Below, in pieces: positions 53,498 through 64,000 of a DNA stretch of 64,000 nt. The translations under genes were made by a program, and so were the position numbers. Source of the DNA: Trichoplax sp. H2. Taxonomy: Eukaryota. The notes below the pieces were generated by a model. It worked only from the letters and a program-made list of their open reading frames with translations. It searched no databases and had not been told where the DNA came from. Location: the NCBI GenBank assembly GCA_003344405.1, contig NOWV01000018.1:248001-312000 (forward strand), written 5' to 3'. Each line of letters begins with the position of its first letter. Within the stretch, counting starts at the first letter, position 1.

Positions 53498-56168
53498 ATG
53501 CGATTTCTGCTATTTATAGTATGTCTGACGAGTATCTTGCCATGTAGCTGTGGGCTAAAAGTAGCTATCTTGCCAATGATGGGTGGAAGTCATGTTCTAA
53601 CTATGGATATCATCACACAACAGTTGATTGAGAGAGGACATGAGGTAAGAACAGCCATAACTAAATTGACTACAGAGTAAACTTTGATCGATCTGTTAAG
53701 GTTATAGAACAAATAAGAACATACTTAGTTGATGAAATTTCTTTGGTATCGTTTTTACTCTATGTCTATATCAATTAAGGTGTGAATAATCTTCATTACA
53801 CTATATATCTATTCTGTGCAATCGTCAGATCGATGTAAGCTGAACTGTGTTAACAGCAAGCTGCAACAACTTTATTACGTGTCTAGAAGAGATACAACAA
53901 TGATTAACTAGATAACAACCATGGAGGAAGTGATATACTACAGCTATATCGTAAATGTTTCGGTCATAGAACGTATTGTGCATTCTATGGTGCTCAAACA
54001 TTCATAGTATCGGGACTAACTGACCTATAGAATTGAGCAGAAAGCATTCAAGCAAATTATTTTGCTAAGGACGTCATGCTCAGCGCTTATTGAGCATGTG
54101 TACGTGTGTAAACGAATCTTCTTGGATTGCTAATCAAAGTAACTACTTTATTCCATCGACAAATTACTTCTATCACAAAATATTGATGGTAAAATTAACA
54201 GTAAACTATTTTTTAAACAAGCAGGATGAATCGAGTCGCCTACAAAATTTCAAACTCTGCTGAAAGATAATTTCAATACTTGGTATATTACTTGCCACGC
54301 TAGTAATTAGCTATGGATTGCTAAATTACAGGTAATTTAGTGATCCATGAACTAATATCATATGCCATGCAGATATAGTAGATAAAATAAGTGTATATAT
54401 ACATTGAATAAGTCAACTTGAGTATGTAAGTACACTGAAGCCCAAAGCACATCGTATAGCGTACGAGTATATGTATTACAATTAGATGACATGCCATTAT
54501 GATGCTTTTTATTAATATTATATACTTTTATTTATAAGCGTTTCATAAGCTGTCTCTAAATTGACAATACTGTTTACCACGTATTAATCCTCACTAAATG
54601 ATATTAACACGTATCCTGATACTTTTCCTAGACTGTAACCATCATCTCCAATCAACCCGGTCAGCTCCGAAAAATGAAACCATCTCCAACCGTTTTATAC
54701 AACGTTGAGAACCCAATTATTGCAGGCCAAAGAGCAGCCAATGTTACAAAATTATCTCTAATTGGCTTAGTTCAAAGTCTATTCGAAATACAACGACAGT
54801 ATTGTGAAGCTACCTTAGCTAACGATACACTAGTCCGGTTGCTAGACGATGTCGACATTTTCGTAACTGATAGCTTATATATCTGCGGCGTACTGGTACC
54901 AGAAATGCTTCAAAAGCCTAATATAATCATATCCCTTGGAGCAGATATTATTGGTTATCATACATTCTTAGCAGATTATGCTGATTCAACTTATATCCCA
55001 ATGCTGGGTTTTTTCCATTCTACAAAGTTAACTATGATTCAACGGGCCTTTAATGCAGCCATTAAACAATTCTTACTAATTACTTATTCATACATGTCAT
55101 CGAATTTAATGAATAGTTTACGATACAAGTTCAACATTAGCACACAGTCAAGTCATTATAGAATAAAAAGAAATCCATCGCTTTTTCTAGCTGCATGTGA
55201 TTTTGCTTTAGAATATCCGAGACCATTACCACCGAATATCAAAGTTATTGGGCCATTATCTCCTCGACCTTCATCATCATTATCTAAAGAACTTGAAGAT
55301 TATATGCAAGCTTCTGATAACGGTATCATCGTATTATCATTAGGCACGGAATTACAACTGCCTAAAGGTAAAGCTACAGAAATGTTGAAAGCTCTAGCAC
55401 AAATACCATATCGTGTGTTGTGGAAAGGTAATCAACCCGAAGAAACAATTTCAGATAACGTAAAAGTAATCAAATGGATGCCACAAAATGATATCCTTGG
55501 CCACAACAAGACGGTTGGATTTATCACACATTGTGGAGCAAACGGTTTATATGAAGCTGCTTATCATGGAGTCCCAATGATTGGAATGCCCTCAATGATT
55601 GAACAAAAAGGAAACGCAGGTAGAATGGTTGGTGCAGGTATCGGCGTACTTATTAACTATCATCAATTTCAAGCGAAGGATATAGTGAAGGCTGTTCAAG
55701 AAATAACTACCAATGGAAGGTATATGATAGTATATTAAAAGAGTAATTTATTCCTCTTATTTAGTTTACCACGGTCTAGCATAGTGTTATAGAAATAATA
55801 TAACAGCTTTTAAAATTATTTGTGCAATTGATTTATGATCAACGTTTCACTTGTATCGTTACTACTATAGTAAATTGTAATGGTCTAAATTTGTAACTAG
55901 ATACAAAGAAAATGTTATGAAGGTTTCACGTATTTTGAAAAGCAGGCCAAGAGCTCCGCGAGATGTTGTCGTTGATTGGGTCGAATATGTCGCTAATACT
56001 AATGGAGCACATCATTTAAAAGTTAAGGGTGAAGAACTCTGGCTGTATGAGTATTATAATCTAGATGTGTGCTTGTTTATCGCAATGATAATGTATTTTA
56101 TATATCTTATGATGAGAGTGTGCAAAAATATGATGTTGGGAAAGCAATCCAAGTTGAAAGATGACTAA
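53498..56168 (+). CDS. Membrane-bound UDP-glycosyltransferase (UDP-glucuronosyltransferase/GT1 family), 500 aa
   Basis: Exons 53498-53644, 54632-55719 and 55901-56168 total 1503 nt. Features: signal peptide MRFLLFIVCLTSILPCSCG, catalytic His in GGSHV, EYPRPLPPN, UGT signature WMPQNDILGH...FITHCGANGLYEAAYHGVPMIGMP, DWVEYV...GAHHL, a C-terminal TM helix and the ER-retrieval KxKxx motif (KLKDD). Confidence 0.95.
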
Positions 56169-57444
56169 AAAATCTTTATCTCGACCATCAAAGACCGACT
56201 CAGATAAAGCAATTAGCTTAAAGAGGATAATTAAAACCCTGAAATAATATCCATATTTAATACTTATTGCTTTCTTAATAATCGTTTATAAACTAAATGG
56301 AGCATTTTTAATGTTAATATAGAAAATTGAGGATTACTATCTTGTTAATTTAAATTCAACTCCTTTAATGCACCATTTATTCGAGATTATTGATCAGTGA
56401 GTATAGTACGGTAATTAGTGAATTTCCGTTAAGTTATACTATACCATGTGACATCCCAATTTATATAAATGTATCATTGCCTAATTGGAGCAGGTAAACA
56501 ATTCTTGTTATATAATCGTCGCCACAAATATAATTTACCTGTGAAATGTTAAAAAAAAATTGTTTACTGAGCGCTTTGCTAAACTGTTACCGTTATGTCT
56601 CTCTAACTGAGCATTCCTGATTAATTAAAATAGAATTGAATTTTTAACCTTGAGATACATGTAAGCTGTAAGTTATTTATCTAATTTACCGTGATTTACA
56701 GTCAACCCTTTTATCTATTGATAACTTGTGATAGTCACTTCCTAAGATAGCCAACTCAGCTTTGACTAGATACAAAATATTCTTTTAAGTGTTTATGGGC
56801 CCTCCATTTAATAGTAGTCGTTCTGTCTGCTCTAGACACTTTCACATAAATTATTTGAAATATAAATTATTAGAAAGAGGCCTAGATCAGGGCTTAAGTT
56901 ACGAGTCATTGTTGTATGTACTGTTTAGCGACGGGAAAATTAGATACAGAATACAACTGTAATTCAAATAATCGCTACTATACCATAGGGCTTTTCAGAC
57001 GTAATAGTTACCATTAATAAAATGCCTTATTAATCCGATTCGATTTTAAATCGTAAATTTTTTTCTTTGTAATTTGATTTAGGATATATAATTACTACAA
57101 ATGATTTGATTCTCATTGTATCAACTAGCTGTATTTCATAGCTATAGCATATTCAATTTATAACTCTGTATGCACATTTAAATCTGACGTAATTAGGATA
57201 AGTAGTAATGGTACGGCCGCTAAATGATCTAGTATTCGCTTTCTATGTAAATATTGCAGGTTTCTATTTCAACAGAACTAGATATATTCGTACTAGATTT
57301 TCAATTCAGTTTGGTCTCATCATCTTTCCTATTATGTTAAATTACTAGAAAGAGCTCTGGGTTATAGTTTAAATTACTAGTCATGATTTAAAGTCTATCT
57401 ACGATAACCCTAAATAAAGAACATAACTCCAGTTTTAAAGTTAA

Positions 57445-58449
57445 AATGTTGCTATATCGGTTGCCTTTTTTGAAGATGAAATATTTACTGATGCTAAGCT
57501 GTTTTTCAAGCCTCTTAATTCGATTTCACGAAAAAATTTTAGTAGATCTAATATAAGAAATAATACTTTATAGCAATCATAGTTAGCGCATGATATAATT
57601 CAACTCAGCTACAGTATTTGGTTATCCTCATTCTCTATACAGCGCTTAAGATCTATCGTTTATTGAAAACTACGCGGTAATGGTGGCTGGCGTTGTCTAG
57701 GCTTTCTTCAATAGTTTAAATTACTATGGTTACTTAGCAATACAAAAAACAGAAAAATTCCGTTCACATAGTCAATATGTTATAGAAGGTTAGTTTTACA
57801 ATCAGGCTGAAATTCGTTCACCGATAAAAATTCCTTTCTAAAGACATGAAAGTCCGCTATAACATTATATTCGTATGTATTCATAACAACTGGCGTAAGG
57901 AAGCATTACGTAACGGGATCTTAATGATCGCAATTTTATTCATTAATCGTCACCGTATTGAATTTTATTACTATAGGCAGCGAGCAAGTTATCAACAAGA
58001 TAGCCTGAATTAGAATATTAATGATCATTGATTCGAGTAAACGCCAACTCCTGACAATAAATCCTATATAGCAAAAATTACATAAGTACTACATTTATGA
58101 CAATTATGACAATAGCGACGATAGTTGTTTACTTAGTTTGAAGGATAACGATGTCCTCCAACAAAGCATTAATTATTTGTTGGCATTTGATTTAAACTAT
58201 TGTTTTCCAAGGTATAATTACCTCATTTTTATAATTATATTGTTAATTTTGATGTAGCCTACAATAGCTAGCATTACGTCAAGCTCTAAAACATGAATTA
58301 GTCTTGCTTTCAAATTCTTTTATCCGCGTCGATGATTGCTTGTCACTAATTAAAGTCATCTACTCACACTTCAGAATATTACCAGAATTGATTGAATCAG
58401 CTTTAGATAGTTTCATGTTGATACCACTACTGCTATCCTTGCTGCATTC
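57445..58449 (+). pseudogene. Decayed importin-beta-like gene fragment (tandem copy upstream of the next gene)
   Basis: Colinear exon-like remnants carry in-frame stops and frameshifts. VAFFEDEIFTDAKL resembles VVYYELLEDTDPKL in the neighbouring copy. Other remnants: AVMVAGVV*AFFNSL, FVHR*KFLSKDMKVR, NKIA*IRI...NPI*QKLHK...DNYDNSDDS, and FPRILPELIESALD/FHVDTTTAILAAF. Confidence 0.6.
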
Positions 58450-61400
58450 ATGATGGATTTGGAGAGAATATTGGAATTACATGTTACAGTATCAATCGGT
58501 AAGTCTCAAAATACAAAGTATCAATAAAGCCAAAATAACGCTGAACATAATATTGTAATCTTATTTTAAGCGAAAATTACTTCCAACCTTGATTTTATAA
58601 CAACAATCAATAAATAGTGCCTATAACTTGCCGGAAAACATTTTACATGATATGACGGTAGCGGATACATAGAAGAATTAGATTATTAAAGGTTCAAAAA
58701 ACTGAAAACATTAAATTAGTCTATATTAGAGACTGTGACTATCAAACTTAAAGACTGTTGACAAAGTAAAGCTACATTAATTTATTGCTAGATCTGCTTT
58801 ATCACCCTCTAAAGCTACTAAGTAATGTAAGATGTTGTGAAACTCTTTGTTGATACAATGATTATTTCCCTGGATACATCGCGCTTACAAATAATTTTCA
58901 ACATTAGCGATATTGATAGTCTTCTAAAATGAATTAAAATGGGTAAAATATGTTCACTTTACAGTACTATATATCTTTCTTCTATTATCATCTATTAATG
59001 TTACAAAGTACTGTCGAACATTGTGAAAAATTTTTACTATAATTTACATTCGCCTTGACAGCTATCGCTACTTGTAATATTTTTACCGTCATAAATAATT
59101 AATCGTAGCCTTGTCAGCTAGATTAGAACTTGTGTGAGAAGTAGTTCTAAAACCCCGCACTTTATCCCACAACAATCTCGGACAATTAAAGTCAACTTCC
59201 TTCCAATTTTTGAAATGCCTAATTAGAAATTAAAAATTTAAATTACAAGCATAATTTAATTGATGATCATGTTTATAAGTTGCTGACACTTGTATCAGTA
59301 TTACTGTTATATCGCCCTTCTAAACGTACCATATCACAGTGGAAAATTTAATTCTCGAACTACGTATGATTATTAACTGATCTAGCTAATACGATCACAT
59401 TTAACTTTAGCGAGTATATTTAGTGACTTATGTCTCTAAAGCTTTATTTGAAGTTTTAAATTGGCCATAAGTTAGACAGAAGAAATTGCTCATCTCTGAC
59501 TTTTTCTTTATTACCGTACATCTTTTTCATTGTGATTAAGAACTTGATGTTTTGTTTATAATTAATTATAAATAGATCCAATTTAAAAGACTGTACCTCA
59601 TTTAAATCAGTACTCCCGGTATAAGCGTTTATTGCGATCATTATTTGAAGCTTCCTTTAAAATTTTACTTGGAGTTATAAACCGATCTAACTTAAAAAGG
59701 ATTCCTTCCGTTTCATCCAGTACCTTATATTATTCGTCATGATTGTTATTTGAAAAACATTTTCATTAATCAAAAAACATGTTCTCATCTATCTTTTATT
59801 CCAAACAGATGAAAACAAAGCATTAGATGCAGCTGTTGAACAATATTTTCAACAAGTGGAAAAAGATTTGGTAGGTAGATGGGAAATTCAAATCATACCG
59901 TAGAATATTTGTGTAGAACTCAATTATTTTTTACGTATTCGTTCTCAAGCGTCTTTTCTGTTTGACTTGATAAGATTATACTTGAAATATTACTTATGTT
60001 TTGGGCGTCGATATTAGTTTAGTCTTTGTTTACTGGAGTCTACTATAGTGTTCAATAGCAATACAATAACTTCAACAAAAGTAATAGCTTGCCTTAATTG
60101 TTTAGTAACTTGTACTGTATAGCAAGATTACCCAGGATATGTACTATAGTTCGCTATTTAATTAATGATAACAATCGATTAAAACTTGAGTCATTTATTT
60201 AGCTAAGATTATTTTACCTTACATAGCAGTATCCTCATAAATCATGAAGTTTGACTTGATCGGTATTAACAAACGTAATCGCCCAACCAAGTGCCGTTAA
60301 CAGATCTAAAAATAATATTGTTAACTTAATGGATATTCTGCTGGATTAATCTCGTTAACAAAACGGATAAGTATGCAGAGTACTTTGCCTCGCATACTCT
60401 TTTGAGTCTATCATATAGACTGGGGTTAATAAATATTATCAACTAGCTTATAATAATTAGATTATGGTCTAATCAAGAATTTATACAGCTAAAAATAGCA
60501 TTGATAACGGCCATTCTGCGGGATTGATCTCGCTAACGAAATAGATAATGCATAGATTACTTTGTCTTGCATACTCTTTTGAGTCTTATCATTAGATGGG
60601 ACTGATAAATATTATTCACTAGCTGGTAATCAAGAATTAAGACAGTTTAAAGATAACATTGTTAACGGACATTACGCTGGATTAATCTCGCTAAGGATAT
60701 AGATAAGGTGTAGATTACTTTGTCTTGCAAGCTCTTTTGAATCTTACCATTTAGAATGGGCAAATGAATACTATTAGCTAGTCGATAATCTAATCAAGGA
60801 TTAATACAGTTAAAAAACATTGATAACAGCCATTCTACTTGATCTATCCATTGTTAACAGTATAGATATAGAAAGCGTTGATGGATTTACCTTATTAACT
60901 CTCTTAAATCGAGCTACTTTGACATGATCAATCTTCTTTATCTGATAATTAATTAACCCAATCAACGATTGAAATAGTCAAAGGCAGGATGGACAGGGGG
61001 CATTCTATTAGATGCATTCATTGTTAACAGCATAGATAAAAGAAAATATTGATAACTGAGCTCTATCAATTCTTTTAAATGAAGTCATTTTTAATCAATA
61101 CTAACTGTCTGACATCTCTAATCAAGCGTTAATACATAGTTAAAGATAAGATTGATAACGGTATCCAATTTTTGATCACTTCATTTATTAGCAGTATTAG
61201 GTACCGGTAGTGTTGATCGCTATACCTTATCAGCGCTCTTCAATCGACTAATTTTAGATCAAATAATTTTGAACGTTTATAGAAGCTTACTTTATAAGCT
61301 AACTTGATGATCTAATCACGATCAATTTATTTAATAAAGAAATCATCGATAGTTAATGTTTTTACTTGATCAGCAATTTTAATTGTATTATCGGATGTTA

Positions 61401-63233
61401 TAACATAACAGAATAAACTATATTGCAGTCGAATTTTTAACATTATTCATTTTTATCTGAGTGATCATTAAAAGCTTCTTTTAAAATATTGTAAACATAA
61501 ATAAATATGTTATCGTTCAATATATATTTTATAATCTTCTAGCCAAAATTCTTAGAAACTTTGGCAAGCCTATGGGCTGATAACAATCGATCCTATCTAG
61601 CTCGGATAGCGGTAGGAATGCTTATCAAGAATTATCTTATCTATCCTTTGGATACCTTGAAAGAGAGATATTATAAAAGATGGAAAGAATTGGATAGAAA
61701 TTCTAAAGATTGTATTAAAACCGCGGTAACGTAAAAATTATTATATACGTACGATATAACCTTGTTACGGTGTTGTCTTGTCATTAGGATAGTTTAATAA
61801 GTACAGTAGTAGCTAGTGTGGAGAATATCCATATTTGTAGTGCTAGGTAAGATAAGTAATACCTTAACGTGGATGTTGTTTGTGATAGTTCATTACATAT
61901 TTGATTTGATATTGATTGTTATTGTGTCATAGATAACAGTAAGATGATTCAAGTTCTAGTTGATGATAATTGAATTAGATAACCTACGTGCTTAGATTAA
62001 GATTAAGTATGAGTAAGAGATTCAAAATATTTACTGATAGAAAAGCTATGTAAGGGTAAGGTATAATAATAATACTGTTGTTGTTCACAAATTAGACGGT
62101 TCCTATATAAACGGGAACATTTGAGTTGAGTGGGGTGGCAAGAAGTTGTAGATGTATCTTTACTAATAAAAGTTTTATCTTTACAGTATTTTACTGTGTG
62201 TGTTTAACGTTAAGTAAAAGGGCGTTTAAGTCAGTAGCTACTTATAGACTTTTACTGTACGTTACCTTGTCGCAGAAGTGAAATTGTGACAATCCTATAG
62301 ATATACTATGATTCTGTGGAGTCTTACCTTAATGATCATCTACCACTTAAAAGATGTTACAAGCACTGGATACCGAGTCAAGCCGACCTTCGTATGTTAC
62401 TGAGGTATTTGTTACCTTAATCATTAATAAATATAGTGTTTAGAATGGCTATAATTACATTAAATAATGTAAAAATTTGAAATGATACTGTAACAGAATA
62501 GCGAAATCATAGCTATTCTAGACTTTTCTGTTTGATATCGTTATTAATAAATATAATTTGTAAACGTGACATTATCAATTAACTAACGGTATAATAGGAA
62601 TTTTAGATAAACCTTGGCTATAGTACAGCATGGTTTTCCTAGTTAAATTTCTTCCACATGCTTAATTAATAGCTTATTGATATTGTTATTGCTTTCTGGT
62701 GATTTTAGTGTATTGGCTATGTTGTATACTATGAATTATTGGAGGATACCGATCCTAAATTGATTCCAGCACTAGCGGAAAACATGATTAATAAGTCCAG
62801 TTCAAAAATATTAAAAGAATCATCTGCAGAGGCTATCGGTCATATTTTTCGTTTAATGAAAAATGTGGTAAGATTTATACTTTTAACGAATTCATTCAAT
62901 GGCTTTGCTACTTTCTATTTTGTGCCGTATTGCTCAGTTTTACATTTACTGTATATTGTATAGGAGAATGATTATTTAATATTAGAATCCGATCATGTAT
63001 TAGCTGCTTTATTAAATGGGATCAATTGGAAAGATGCAAGGTAGTATCTGTATAGCATTATGGACCAATCTTCTTTCGGTGTGCACAGTTGTTTGTGTCC
63101 TTATGTAGATTAAACCCTTAGGGAGTATTTCCACTTAATATGTTTCTAATCAATTAGTCAACGTGTTCAAAATACGATAATGACAGCTTTAAGTCACTTC
63201 CTGACATATGTGAAAGAAAATATCAAAGGAGAC
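58450..63233 (+). CDS. Divergent importin subunit beta-1 (KPNB1)-like protein, N-terminal HEAT repeats; 3' structure unresolved or possibly degenerate
   Basis: GT-AG exons 58450-58498, 59809-59870, 61543-61725, 62354-62404, 62709-62867, 62964-63040 and 63158-63233 join into 219 open codons: MMDLERILELHVTVSID...LPKFLETLASLWAD...ARIAVGMLIKNYL...YYKRWKELD...MLQALDTESSRPS...PKLIPALAEN...LKESSAEAIG. This is colinear with the remembered importin-beta N-terminus (MELITILEKTVSPD...ARVAAGLQIKNSL...YQQRWLAID...VLQTLGTETYRPS...MKESTLEAIG). A further possible exon lies at 63735-63854. Confidence 0.8.
60317..61270. repeat. Diverged tandem repeat, ~160-180-bp unit, ~6 copies, in intron 2 of the importin-beta-like gene
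   Basis: The anchor attg[ta]taac occurs at 60317, 60500, 60658, 60819 and 61151, with a weaker unit near 60985. Shared blocks include tactttg[ct]ct[ct]gca...ctcttttga and taatcaag. Confidence 0.8.
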
Positions 63234-64000
63234 GTAAGTTATGCCTTGTTATTTTTCTATAAGTTGAGTTCGTTCACTACGATTAAATTTTAAATTTAAG
63301 ATTATTTAATCTTGTAGTAATATTTAATAAGAGGCCTTAATTATGCTTTTTTTATACGGTAATGGCTTATTGTGCACGATATTCATTCAATTTAATTAGA
63401 GTGTAGATTTCAAAAGTAGTTGGGCATATTTTAATTTTTAAATTCTAAAGAGAGACATAAACAATGTGAATCTTATCAAGCTTTACAAAATGTTTCCTTA
63501 TTGTAGTTAGATTATGAGTTTTATATTTATATATGTCTACTTTGGTATTTAAGTTTTAACTACAGTAGATATCAAATATAAATACCTGTAATAACGGCTT
63601 CAATACTTTATTTAACTAAATTATAGTAAAGTATATATCTTAAGACTATCCGCCTCAAATCCTATTACTATCCATTTCAACTAATATTTTTTAACTTAAA
63701 TCTTTACGCTTTCATGGAATAATGACCATGATAGGCTATAAAGAATACGCTACTATTTCATCAAGAGGAAGATGAAGTGATTGATATGAAATATATAAAA
63801 TATAAAATTATCCCTGAACGCGATGATGACATATTTATTGAAAATAATGGCGTGGTTAGTCATCATATTTGGATAGATTAGTTACCTATGAGCAAAGGCA
63901 TTCCGTCATAGCTAAATTTTCCACCAAATAAATTTAAATAGGAACATAAATCCAATGGATCATTATCAAGAATAAGCAATGTTGACTACGTGGTTAAAAA

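Noticed and set aside
57977-58211. Selenocysteine or stop-readthrough recoding of in-frame stops
   Set aside because: TGA, TAG and TAA all occur in the region together with frameshifts, which fits pseudogene decay. No SECIS is evident.

Overview
This is AT-rich eukaryotic genomic DNA with short GT-AG introns and conserved metazoan genes. The compact style suggests an early-branching animal such as a placozoan (inference only). I spliced the genes by hand. In order: the 3' end of DNAJC13/RME-8 (+); a supervillin-like gelsolin/villin-headpiece gene (+); DR1/NC2-beta (-); a single-exon 382-aa orphan ORF (+); ICA1/ICA69 (+, with a GC-AG intron); an SLC35F5-like transporter (-); a UDP-glycosyltransferase (+); and a divergent importin-beta (KPNB1)-like gene (+) that is directly preceded by a decayed tandem copy. 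Several tandem repeat arrays (27, ~130, ~160-180, 183 and ~230-320 bp units) and TACAG/CTGTA-rich islands are also present. Two observations stand out. (1) The supervillin N-terminus carries about 12 short WH2/FAM107-like motifs interleaved with 8 PKA-consensus sites. (2) The importin-beta locus is duplicated, and only the N-terminal ~219 codons of the second copy are clearly intact. I found no prokaryotic-type systems (CRISPR, operons), tRNA or rRNA. All homology calls come from remembered family motifs, not from database searches.
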